Shown here piece by piece: positions 1 through 12,020 of a DNA stretch of 64,000 bases (position 1 is the first letter of the stretch; each line of letters opens with the position of its first letter). Below the pieces are notes generated by a model. The model was not told the DNA's origin, ran no database searches, and saw only the letters and a program-made list of their open reading frames with translations. Origin of the DNA: Octopus sinensis (taxonomy: Eukaryota); assembly GCF_006345805.1 (NCBI RefSeq), contig NC_043019.1, forward strand, positions 18,103,360-18,167,359, in the 5' to 3' direction. The position numbers were made by a program, and so were the translations under genes.

Positions 1-23
1 TACACATTCCATCCATCCATCCA

Positions 24-62
<39 letters not shown>

Positions 63-701
63 ATACATACATACATACATACATACATACGTACATACGT
101 ACATACATGCGTACATACGTATATACATGCATACATACATAAATACATACATACATACATATGTGTGTACACGCACAAACACACACACACACATATATGC
201 ATACATGCATGCACACCCACTCTTCAAAAGCATGTTTGCATAGTATAAGAAGAACTACTCTGATGACGAGGAAACGAGGGTGATGGGAGCAAGGGAGGGC
301 AGGTGTGGGGGGGTTGCTACGAGAGCTTAGGGGCTGCTAATGTGTTGGGGTAGAAGATTGGGGTTGGCAGGGATTATCTCCTCACTCCATACACTATCCT
401 CAGTTTAAATGATGTTGTACACTAGATGGTTGGGTGGGGCTGGAGGTAAAAGGGATGTGGAGGATTAAGGCAATGGGAAAGAGGGTGGAGGTGGTGGGAT
501 GAAGACTAAATCATTTTAATATATTTTATATACTTACATAATATAAAATATTATATTTCATTGGTCTATGTATCTGTGTAGCATGTATATAAATAGATGT
601 ATGTGTAAATACACACAAACACACACGTATATATATATATATATATGGTAGTTGATGGTTGTCTACTCCTTATGCAGAGTCTGACCCCCCCCCCCTTCTA
701 C

Positions 702-905
702 CTACACCTTAGAACCATCTTGGTGCCTGATTTTTAAAGCAGACAATATTTTGAAAAGACACCCACATAGAATGCACATCCAATTTGGACCACCAAGAGC
801 TGCAGATAAGTTCTGATCTTTGTGGATCTTAAAATGTGTTTTGAAGCCTTCCTTAGATTTGCAGACCTTCTGGCATACCTTGCATTCAAAGGTGTGCACA
901 GACAT
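702..905 (-). pseudogene. C2H2 zinc-finger remnant (one intact, one degenerate finger)
   Basis: CKVC-x12-HFKIH followed by CILC-x12-RH; no convincing splice sites. Possibly the tail of a LINE ORF. Confidence 0.35.
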
Positions 906-1539
906 ATAGGCAGAATAGTTGGTAGAGGTTCATTTTCCATGGGTTCGCAAATGATTTGAGCCCAACATATACATACAAACATCTTTCTATATATATTTAT
1001 GTATATGAAACAATGCATATGTGTTGTTGAAAAGCCAGAAACTGCTGTGATAATTTGGGAACAAGTCCCTTTTGTCAATGTAGTGTGTTAAAAACAATAC
1101 ACTCCGGCGCTGTAATGAAATGAAATCCTGAAAGCAACTGTGAGAACAACAGATGTGCACTTCACTGTCTTTGCAGTTTGTCAACGTCATATACTCCAGC
1201 AGGAAATCATGTCAGCCAGTCTCAAGTATAGAGAAACAGTTAAGAAACATTTCCCAGGCTTCGCTAAAATAAAATTCAAATTATCTTATAGAAGCAGCTC
1301 AAGATCAAAATTTTTATCTACAGACATATCTAACATATGTATATTGTGGTGAAGCCAGAATGGTTCCATTCCCTGGCATGTCTACCTGTCCAACCTCATA
1401 AGTGCAACCTCATTAGTGATTACACAAAAGCTGGATTGTCAACACAGTCTCTCAAAGCAGCCCCTATGAACCCTTAAATGACATAAACTAACACAACTCC
1501 CTCACGCTTTATTATATGAGACTAAAGGACAATTTTTAT

Positions 1540-1755
1540 CCCCACTACACCCTTCAAAACTTCCATGCTTCCTGAAATTCACCAACAGCACACCTGAAAT
1601 TCACCAACAGCACACCTGATGTCCCTCCATCTTCTTATTTATTTAAAAAGAATTTTTTATTAACGACCCACTCACGGTTCACTTCCTCTCCATCATTCCA
1701 CGTACTTTTGGCTACTCTCAGCTGTATTGTACCTGAGCACTGTATACAATAATGA
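1540..1755 (+). mobile_element. Second CR1 3' tail remnant
   Basis: CCTTCAAAACTTCCATGCTTCCTGA and CCTGAGCA-TGT-TACAATAAT shared with 3270-3460; internal 22-bp duplication. Confidence 0.6.
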
Positions 1756-2188
1756 TGATGATGATAATGATAATGATCAACATCATCATTATTATTGTTA
1801 ATTAGCAGCATATAGTCCTACCTGCCATTGTCTAACACAGACTGGTAGTTTTTTGTAATTAGTTGGTTGCTTGACAAGACCAAACAAAAAAGAAAGCTAC
1901 CAATGTTATGACTAGTATCCTCCTCCCCACCCGATGGCTTAATTATCGTGGGAGGTGGAGGGACTGTTTTTCTGGTGGTCATGGTGATGTTGTAGGGTCG
2001 GGATTGGGGTGAGACTTTGATAACATTGGTGGTAACTGTGGGGGTGATGGGAGTGGAAGGGTTGGTTGTGTTTGGGATGGTGGTGGTAATGGAGGTGGTG
2101 GTGATGTTAAGAGTGGATTGATGTTTGAAATAATTCTGGGGATGGTTACAATGGGCAGCTCTGATAATGGTGTTGCTGCTGCTGCTAC

Positions 2189-2199
<11 letters not shown>

Positions 2200-2221
<22 letters not shown>

Positions 2222-2325
2222 CAAAGATTATAAAGAGAATGAAGGTGGTGGTGGTGGTGGTGGTGGTGCTGGTGGTGGTGGTGGTGGTGGTGGTGGTGGT
2301 GGTGGTGGTGGTGGTGGTGGTGATG
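2200..2325. repeat. (GAT)n and (GGT)n microsatellites
   Basis: Directly visible. Confidence 0.9.
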
Positions 2326-2637
2326 CCAGTTTCAAAACTCTGTTCACCGATTCCAAGTCAGCACCAATTCAACTCTTGCTGCCATTAGAATAGTAAACCC
2401 TGCCATAGATTTGAACCTAATGAGAAGAGCTCACCTCTAAAGATGTTTACCTGGGCAAAGTGCCAGGTAACCAGGTAAGTCATCTGGGATATAGATATAG
2501 CATGTAACCATGGTTACTTAATAACGAAAAAAAAAAGAAAGTAAATGAATGAATATATAAAAATAAAACTTCAGTATGAGATTGTAAGGATCAGAACCTT
2601 CAAGGTTCAACCTCATTCTGTACTTGATTTCATTGGT

Positions 2638-3470
<833 letters not shown>

Positions 3471-3483
3471 ATATACACACACA

Positions 3484-3517
<34 letters not shown>

Positions 3518-3859
3518 TAAATGTAAGATCCAGGGATCAAGGTACTGCAAGAAAGTTAGCTTCAAGCAATCTGCTAAATAGAAAAAAAAAACTTTCAAAA
3601 GTGGTTTATTGAGACAGAAGTTCGTGGATTTCTTTTGTACAATAAACTGGAAAAAGTTTGTAACGAACTTAGTGTGAGTGTGAATATCTTGTCTTGTACT
3701 TTCGGGGTACAAGAAAGCAATCACTCACTAGCCGTTGCTTTAATAATCCAGAATTCTACCAGTCAGAAACAACAAGACGCAGACGTAAAATATACATATA
3801 ACTACTTTATTCTCTTTCTTGGTAACAATAACAATAAGTGTGTTATCTGATGTCCTTGG

Positions 3860-4320
3860 TTCTGGGCGCGCAAGGCTGAAAGTTAATCGATTGTAATATT
3901 TACAATATTCAGCCGCTAAAACCAGAACGGATTCAAGATGGCGTCGAACAATGGAGACGATGTTGGTCTGCAACAATTTGGTTAAAGGCCTTTTGGTAAG
4001 GACTGCTAGAAGCAAGTTCGAACGGAGAGAAAATATGCGTGACCGTTGCCTTCGATAGCCATGTCTCAAAGTCGCCGCTGCTGCTGCCAGCGGTCAAACG
4101 TTCTACGACCCCCCTGCCTTGGCTAACTACCACGATAGGCAAAAGGGTCGTGCTTCCGGTGGTTCGCGCATGCGCGAGAGGGCCCTTCCTTTCTGTGCCT
4201 TGGTGAAGGCACCAACACGCGCGAAATAGAAAATGGACGGTGCGCGCGCGCGCACCGTTATAGTATCACTACAAGTTCTTTCCATGTTTCACGGTTGGCA
4301 ACCAGGGTTGCCAGGTGTGT
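3860..4320. promoter_or_regulatory. CpG-rich promoter-like island with YY1-, ETS- and NRF1-type motifs
   Basis: Dense CpG in an otherwise CpG-poor window. CAAGATGGCG 3934-3943, CTTCCGG 4153-4159, palindrome TCGCGCATGCGCGA 4164-4177, 22-bp palindrome 4237-4258, + strand donor TTG|GTAAGG at 3996. Confidence 0.6.
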
Positions 4321-4363
4321 GAATAAGAATACAAGAGTTTAGTAACAGAATAGATAAGATCCA

Positions 4364-4426
4364 GGCTACATATGTTTCATGGTGGGCGAAATCTCGGAAG
4401 TGGTAAATATCCAAACTCTTCAGGCC
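4364..4426 (-). ncRNA. Inverted second copy of the 4509-4592 hammerhead motif
   Basis: Reverse complement reads GGC CTGAAGA GTTTGGATATTTACCACTTCCGAGATTTCGCCCACCAT GAAAC ATAT GTA^GCC. Confidence 0.62.
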
Positions 4427-4508
4427 AATGTCATCCTGATCGAATCTTCCTTGTGTTAACATGTGCCTCCTAAGGACAATGGGAACTTCATTTAATCAAG
4501 ATGACCTT

Positions 4509-4592
4509 GGCCTGAAGAGTAACCTGCGATACACACATCGCTTGGATATTTACCACTTCCAAGGTTCTGCTCGCTATGAAACATATGTAGCC
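4509..4592 (+). ncRNA. Hammerhead motif with an expanded, branched stem II
   Basis: GGC CTGAAGA [59 nt containing AACC/GGTT, GCGAT/ATCGC and TTGGA/TCCAA helices] GAAAC-ATAT-GTA^GCC; ACATATGT palindrome. Confidence 0.65.
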
Positions 4593-4622
4593 CGAATTTT
4601 ATCTACTCCATTCCTTAACTAT

Positions 4623-4653
<31 letters not shown>

Positions 4654-4967
4654 TTAAGAAAGAAAAATATGTCAAAATGCACAAGAGGTTTGTATAATAA
4701 AATGTTGGTATTAAGATCATAATGGAACAAATTTTATTATATAAACCTCCTGTGTGTTTTTTTATGTATTTTTCCTTCTTAAATATATATATATATATAA
4801 AATACATTTTATTTGTGAATTAAAACTACCAGTGGTTTGAAGACCAATGGTAGCCTCAATGCACTAATAAAGAATCTTCATTGACTGATGTGGTATTGAG
4901 CACTCATTCTCATTATTCTATATTAATGTGTGTATGTTTATATATATATATGTATGTATATATATAT

Positions 4968-5160
4968 AGTTGGAATTTACAAAAAAGCAAAGCAAAAGAC
5001 GAAGACAGGTGTGTAAATAACAAACAGATGTATTAGTTTAACATTCACGAATTTAAAAAGTCTTTTACGTTTCGAGCCAACGCTCTTCAACAGAAAGGAA
5101 CACAGAAATAAACAGGGAGAGAAAATAAAAAGAGGTTTAGTGGCTAGTGACCTATCATGG
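4968..5160 (-). mobile_element. HHR-bearing repeat (probable Penelope pLTR), family A copy 1
   Basis: Aligns by eye with 11862-12021 on the + strand (shared ACACACCTGTCTTCGTCTTTTG and TGTAAATTCCAACT). Confidence 0.55.
5062..5097 (-). ncRNA. Minimal hammerhead variant (core CUGUUGA, GUA site)
   Basis: Reverse complement CTTT CTGTTGA a GAGC-gttg-GCTC GAAAC GTA^AAAG; one core mismatch (A6U). Confidence 0.6.
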
Positions 5161-5225
5161 TGAATATATACACACATGCACACACATACACACATATATA
5201 CATATATATATATATATGTGTATAC

Positions 5226-5304
<79 letters not shown>

Positions 5305-6019
5305 GCGTCATCATCATCATCACCTTCCAGCATCCATTTTCTGCTGTAGAAACAGGTTGGACAGTCTGAAAGGATGCCGTGTGTTGGAGGATTGCATCAT
5401 ACTCCAGTCGGCATGGTTTCTGTGGTTGGATGCACTTCCTAATACCAACCACTTTACAAAATGTATAATACACACCCACACCCACACACTCACTCACCCA
5501 TACCCTCCCACACACATACACACGCACGCATAGACGCACACATATACACACATGCACACACACGCACACATATACACACACATACGCACACACATGCACA
5601 CACATATACTATACTAGTAGTTGAAGGAATTCTTTAGGATTCTGAGAAACATTGCCTGGGACAAATAAAAAAATCTTTGAAAACCATTTTGGAGAAAAAT
5701 AATTATTAATTTTTACATAACTTTACCTTTCCAACAAATTGATTTGGACAAAGGAGGAAGACAATACAAATGGAGCAGATATCGATCTAGAACTGGCAAA
5801 ATCTAATCACAAAGAGAGAAAATAAATTAATAAAAATCTGTGAATTTTGTGAGAGTTTAAAGTGTTTGTTAAAGATGTAACCTCCAACCTTCTAATGATT
5901 AAAAGAAACATTGTACTAAGCTGGTGATGGTGATGGTGATGGTGGTGGTGGTGGTGATGGTGGGGGTTAGAATTTTTTGTCAAAATTAAAAACAAGGAAT
6001 TTTTTTAGAAAATAGTTGC

Positions 6020-6058
<39 letters not shown>

Positions 6059-6291
6059 AATGGTCTTTGCTTAAATGGTTTTATTCAAAGGTCTGTGCTT
6101 GATGAAGGCTGACCTGGAGTTAAACATTAGCTACTACAGATGATGTATCTCAGGTAACACAACTTCAAGTTCTTACACCTGAACAACCTGAAAAAGAGGA
6201 ATTAAAAGGAATTTATTTTCCATTTGTCAACCTGGAGAAAGTCTTTTGACTGAGTTTCACAATCTACAAAAGAAAATAGATTAGTGTGGAT

Positions 6292-6526
6292 CAGGGGTAC
6301 TCAACCATTTTTTACCTCTTTGATTCCTATTTTATTCTAGTAGACCCCCACTCCACCTCGCCATTTGATGATTAAAAACTAGTTTCAGAGATGCTTCTTT
6401 CAAAATCTTTTCGTGGATCCCTAAAATATTACTGTAGGTCCCCAACTTACTATTTTGCTTATGCGGACCCCCAAAAATCTTACATGCACCCCCAGCAATC
6501 ACGTGGACTCTGGCTGAGAACCGCTG
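6292..6526. mobile_element. hAT-family MITE
   Basis: TIRs CAGGGGTACTCAACC / GGCTGAGAACCGCTG; 8-bp TSD GTGTGGAT / GTGCAGAT (6/8). Confidence 0.75.
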
Positions 6527-7744
6527 GTGCAGATGAAACTTCTGTAGAATGGTTCCCAGCATGTATGAAAGGTGTGAGCAAAGTCAAGGTTAATAGGGAA
6601 TTCAAAGGAAAAGTTCGTGCAGAACTGGTGAGTTCATCAGGGTCCTGTCCTAAACCCTCTTCCCTTCAGAATAATTATTGACATCATAACTCAGAGATTT
6701 TCACAGAAGTGAGAATATTCATGGAAACTGTTTTGTGGTAATGCTTGCTCTGCCATGTGTGTGTGTGTGTGTGTGTGTGTTTGACAGAGACGGGTGAAAT
6801 ATGGAAGTTCATAAGGAGCACAATGCTACAAGTCCCTGTAGATTTCTGGATCAAATGGTATAATAAATTCTATGTAATGACTTGTATGTTTTTTATGCCA
6901 TCATCTGTTAAAGAACTTGAAAGAATGTTTGAAAGCTCAAACATGCAGGTATCAAAACAGTAACATGACCTTGGCAAAAGTGTTAGTAAGGGGTCACCCT
7001 CACTCAGTAACATGAAGGGAGAAGGCTTACTCAGTTTAAGGGCCAAAAATATAATAAGATTACAACCACCACCACCACCACCACCAGCATTGCAACACTA
7101 CATTGCGTGAACACATCACCACCGCTGCTTCCACTACCACCACCACTATCATAACGATACATCACACATTAAATCATTAATTAAAGTATCATGCACACAC
7201 ACACACACACACAGAACTATCATCAACAAAAAGCCATGCTAGTTTATGGATCTTCCACTGCAATGCCATTGATTTCCCAGCAAATATTTTTTTAAAAAGC
7301 ACCACCCCTCCCTCCATCTCCCCCATCCCTCCATCCCTCCATTCCTCCATCCATCCCTCCATCCCTCCATCCACCCCGCCATCCATTTCAGTGAAATATG
7401 ATGAACAAACACACAAATATATATTGAAAGCCATCAGATTGTGAGTCATGAATGCAGCAACGAAAAATAACAAACAACCTCAATAATGACAACAAAATAT
7501 AAAACGAGACGACCGTCGCTTAATCATCCGATTGATTTCAATGCAGCCACACAAGATAAAGCTGTGTCGTGCAACAGGAGGTGAGCGAAATGTCTTCTCT
7601 CTCTTTCTATGACAGTAATGGATTTTTTCATCAGTTTGTGACTTATTCACCGCCATCACCGCTGCCACCACCACCACCACCACCACCTCTATCTCTCTTT
7701 AGCTTTCTGACCTTATTTCTTTCTTTCTTTCTTCCTCTCTCTCA

Positions 7745-7905
7745 TACATACTTACATACATATATATACACATACATACAAACACACGCATACAAACGTA
7801 CACATATACATACACATGTACATACTCACGCACATACATACACACATACATACGTACATACACACATACATACATAAACACATACACACACATACAAACA
7901 TACAT
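7745..7905. repeat. (CATA)n/(CA)n compound microsatellite; similar at 25-190 and 9273-9635
   Basis: Directly visible. Confidence 0.9.
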
Positions 7906-8003
7906 ATCTTCATCTCATTTATATTTGAGAGCTTCTTTTGCAGTCCTATAAACCCTTTTGTGTCTATAACGAGAGACAAATATTATTCTTGTGTGTATAT
8001 ATA

Positions 8004-9273
8004 CGAGGGACGTTCAATAAGTAATGCTCCTGACCCACTTGCAGTTGTTTGATCTAGCTGAAATTTTGCATGTGCAATTATTTATATCTCTATAGGTTAA
8101 GTGGCAAATTACAGCTCTGAACTCTGTGGTTTCTGATTTACAGGTGTTTGAACAGAGTCAAGTGTGAAATGGAGCCAGTTGAGAGTCGTGCAGTGAAAGG
8201 ACATATTTGAAAGGACGCACACCACGGAAGACTTTTGATGAAATGAAAGTAATTTATGGTGATGATGCCCCATCATATGACCTTGTAAAACGCTGGCATC
8301 GTGAATTCAAACATGGTCGGAACTCTGTGGAAACAGCTCTCAGATCTGGTCGCCCCCCTTCTGCTATTGATGAGGCATCTGTCCGTCAAGTTGAGGCTGC
8401 CATTTTGGAAGATCGGCGCATAACTATTCGCCAAATAGCCCATGAGGTCAAGATTAGTACCGGATCTGTGTAAAATATCATTCATGACCATTAGCATATG
8501 CAAAAGGTATCTGCCAGATGGATTCCCAGGTTGCTCACACCTTTCCAGAAGCAAGAACGCGTTAAGTGCTCGAGGATGAATTTGGAGATGTGCCAAGAAG
8601 ATGACTCAAAATTTTTCAAAAGACTGATTACACAGGATGAAACATGGGTCCATCACTATGATCCAGAGACCAAAGCCCAGTCAATGCAGTGGAAGCACCG
8701 TGACTCACCTCCTCCAAAGAAGGCAAGGGTGCAGCCCTCCGCTGGCAAGGTCATGCTCACAGTCTTCTGGGACCAGGACGGAGTAGTGATGACAGATTTC
8801 CTGGCAAAGGGTACCACAATTACAGAAGCCTATTATGCTTCACTTTTGAAGAAATTATGAGAAGCTATCAAAATCAAGAGGCGGGGCAAGATCAGCAAAG
8901 GCATCCTCCTCCTGCAGGACAACGCTCCGGTCCACAACTCGCTTGTCGCCAGATCAGAAGCACAGGTGTGCGGCTATGAACTCCTCCCCCATCCCCCCTA
9001 CACTCCTGACCTTTCACCCTCTGATTTTCACCTCTTCCCAGCCATGAAGTTGTTTTTGAAAGGAAAGCGTTTCCCAGATGATGCAGCCTTGATTTCTGAA
9101 GTCACGTTGTGGTTGGAGGACCAAGCTGGGGTCTTCTACGAAAACGGTCTCCAGAGCTGCATCAAACAATGGGAGAAATGTGTAACTCTGGGTGGTTCCT
9201 ATGTAGAAAAAGACTAATAACTGTGCTAAGTTTCGTTGCTCTACTGCTATTGGAAGTGGGTCAGGGGCATTAC
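8004..9273 (+). mobile_element. Mariner (Tc1/mariner, D,D34D) transposon, nearly full-length, inactive
   Basis: TA + 5' TIR CGAGGGACGTTCAATAAGTAATGCTCCTGACCCACTT. Transposase from ATG 8169 to 9217 with WIPRLL, DETW, QDNAP and YTPDLSPSDFHLF; one frameshift near 8200 and three in-frame stops (8471, about 8492, 8858). The 3' TIR is truncated at 9254-9273. Confidence 0.95.
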
Positions 9274-9354
9274 ATACATACATACACACATGCATGCATT
9301 ACATACATAAACATACATACATACATACACATACATACATACATAGATGCATGT

Positions 9355-9398
<44 letters not shown>

Positions 9399-9770
9399 CA
9401 GGGGCATTACATACATACATACCACATGCATGCATACATACATACATACTACATACATACATACATACATACATACATAGATGCATGATTACATACATAC
9501 ATACATACATACATAATATATATAATATTATATATATAATTATATATATATAATATATACATACACACACATATACATACACACACATATACATACATAC
9601 ACACACACATACACACATACATCTACACACATACATAAATGCCTTTGGTCACTCTGACTTATTTAACCTTTTTTTCATTTCGGTTTAATTTATGCATAAT
9701 CTCAAAAGGACATAAAGGTGTTCTACTCTTCCTGCATAAGTCTCAATCCTTTGGCCGCTGGACATAAGGA

Positions 9771-9830
9771 AGGACAATTTTTGTGCTGATGATGCCTATT
9801 GAGGCAGAAACAAATGTCCACAACTGTCCT
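9771..9830 (+). ncRNA. Type I hammerhead ribozyme motif, intact
   Basis: AGGACA-attt-TTGTG CTGATGA TGCCT-attg-AGGCA GAAAC-aaat-GTC^CACAA-c-TGTCCT: perfect core, 5-bp stem II, GUC site, 5+6-bp stem I. Confidence 0.85.
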
Positions 9831-10350
9831 CTCACCTCTACACAATAAGCCTGTTCTTTTCAGTTTTGGAGAAGTTTTCAATTTTGAGATTTTCTCCTCT
9901 TCTCAAGTTGGTCTTTAATGTCATTTGCTAGTTATGACACTTTCTCTAGAGGTGGAGATTATTTTAATAAATCAGGAAAATATGTTCCATGATATTTGAT
10001 ATACCTGTATTTCTTTCTCTCTCTCTCTGTATATAATATATACACATATATATATATATATAAATATATGTATATATATAGTCACTATAAGGATATTTAA
10101 ACCTCTTATAGGAATTGTCTTATCCAAGTTACACTGGTTTAATGCATTTTGAAGAGATATTTCTTCAATAGATATATTATGAAAATATCAAATATTATTA
10201 TGAAGTAAGAAAATAGAGAGATTCAATGGATATGAATTAAGTTATTAATCAATTAACATTCCTTACAATTGTTTCAATTCACACCCAATACAAATTGCAA
10301 AACATATAATGATGATGATGATGATGATAATAATAATAATAATAATAATA

Positions 10351-10775
10351 GTGCAACCATGAGATAGAGAATAGGAAGCCAAACATAGTCTTAATTGAGA
10401 AAGAAAACAAACTATGCAGGATCATAGACATAGCATTCCCAGCTGACAACAAGGTATGCGATAAGGAAGAAAGAAAAGTTGAGAGATATGACAGGTTAGC
10501 TTGGGAAGTTAAGGAGTTGTGGTCGATGAAAAAGGTAGCAGTAGCAACAATAATTGTTGGAGCCCTGGGAACAGTGAACAAAAATCTTGAGAAGTACGTG
10601 GAACAAATAGGGGCTGCAATAAGGGTGGAGCACTTGCAGAAAACAGCACTGCTTGGAACCACTCAAATACTCCAGAAGGTGCTCGAAAAATAAGGGGTGT
10701 TACCTTAGTTCACTGGTAGTGAACAGCTGACACTGTAGTACATCTCCAGCGTTAGAAGCTATGCAAAGGCAATTA
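10351..10775 (+). mobile_element. R4/Dong-type non-LTR retrotransposon 3' fragment (restriction-like endonuclease domain)
   Basis: Open frame 10352-10693: HEIENRKPNIVLIEKENKLCRIIDIAFPADNKVCDKEERKVERYDRLAWEVKELW...IIVGALG...LQKTALLGT; flanked on both sides by (TAA)n. Confidence 0.85.
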
Positions 10776-11117
10776 TAATAATAATAATAATAATAATAAT
10801 AACACATCATATGTAAACAAAGGTAAGTTTGTTTTTGAAGTGTTGAAATGTATTGTAGAACAAATAGAAAGATATATTTTGTCTTCAACACATAAATATG
10901 GAACAGCATATATAAGGGATAAACTCCTTTTAAGAGTAGAAAAGTTTGTCAGCGAGCGGCCATGTGACGAACTTTTCTGCTCTGAAAAGGAATTTATCCT
11001 TTATACATACTGTTCAGTGTTGAAGAAGTATATCATTCTACTTGTTCTACAATAATAATAATAATAATAATAATAATTATTATTATTATTATTATTATTA
11101 TGATGATGATGATGATG

Positions 11118-11612
11118 ATGATGAAGATGGGCTACAGCAAATATTCTGCTCAATACCACAGATTTGCTTGTCAGTTGTTTGACCTTAACCAGTTGACCAT
11201 GTCCCTTAGTGGCTGACGATATGTGCATCTCTGATCATGTGCAGAAGTAGTGGGGGAGCATCATAGCTCCCCCACTACTTGAAAGGAATTCTTAGAGATT
11301 TGGATAATTCACCTTTGGAAATGTGGGTGGTTTGTTCAACATTTTTAAACAACCCTTATTCAGGGACCTTTTGACTGGGATAGGCCGCTCAACCTGAAGA
11401 AAATTCTAACTGGGCCCCACCTGCAAGGTCATGCACTGTTTATCTTGATATGAGATCACCATGTCGCGCACATATGGTTGTGATGCATGTGCCTGGTGTA
11501 CCCTTATGAGACGGGTAGTCATGATGGGTATACTGAGCTTCGTACATTTTACCCCAATGTCACTTTGATGGCATGCACTGCTCTCTCACTCAATAATAAT
11601 AATAATAATAAT
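11118..11612 (+). mobile_element. Retroposon 3' fragment ending in an (AAT)n tail
   Basis: Non-coding body between (AAT)/(GAT) microsatellites with a terminal (AAT)n; contains a perfect 15-bp hairpin. Confidence 0.5.
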
Positions 11613-11861
11613 ACAAATTTGCATTTTGAAAATCTTGAGTGAAATATCTCAACCGATCAACATGTAAACTCCGTAAAGTCCTTTGCTCTGAAGATATTTC
11701 ACTCACGATCTTCAAAGTGCAAACTTATATTATCATCATCATTATACGTTTTCCAATTTGTACTGGGTGTGAATGCAAACAATTGTAGGCAATGTTAATT
11801 AATTAATAAATTAACTTATATCCATTAAATCTCCATTTTCTTACTTAATAATATATATCGG

Positions 11862-12020
11862 CCATGATTGGCTGCTGGCGACCAAAGTTTTTTTTATCCT
11901 TTCTCTGTTTATTTTCTCATGTTCCTTTCTGTTCTTTCTCACCTTCCCAAGCATTCAACTAATACACGTTTGTTGTTTACACACCTGTCTTCGTCTTTTG
12001 TTTTTTTTGTAAATTCCAAC

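Larger units (their letters stand above)
4318..4625. mobile_element. Penelope-like element remnant with inverted pseudo-LTR pair
   Basis: About 4318-4435 is an inverted homolog of about 4499-4625; both arms carry a hammerhead motif. Confidence 0.55.

Noticed and set aside
256-280. CTGATGA-CGAG-GAAAC hammerhead-like string
   Set aside because: No viable stem II, no GUH after GAAAC, no stem I.
1979-2393. Poly-D/G/S/P ORFs on both strands, including a FLAG-like DDDDKDYK
   Set aside because: Produced by (GAT)n and (GGT)n repeats; flanking stops and no usable splice sites; the tag resemblance is chance.
6548-6627. Exon-like segment (TGTAG|...CTG|GTGAGT; EWFPACMKGVSKVKVNREFKGKVRAEL)
   Set aside because: Weak polypyrimidine tract abutting a MITE, no recognisable homology, and the phase does not fit SSX2IP or the 3995 donor.
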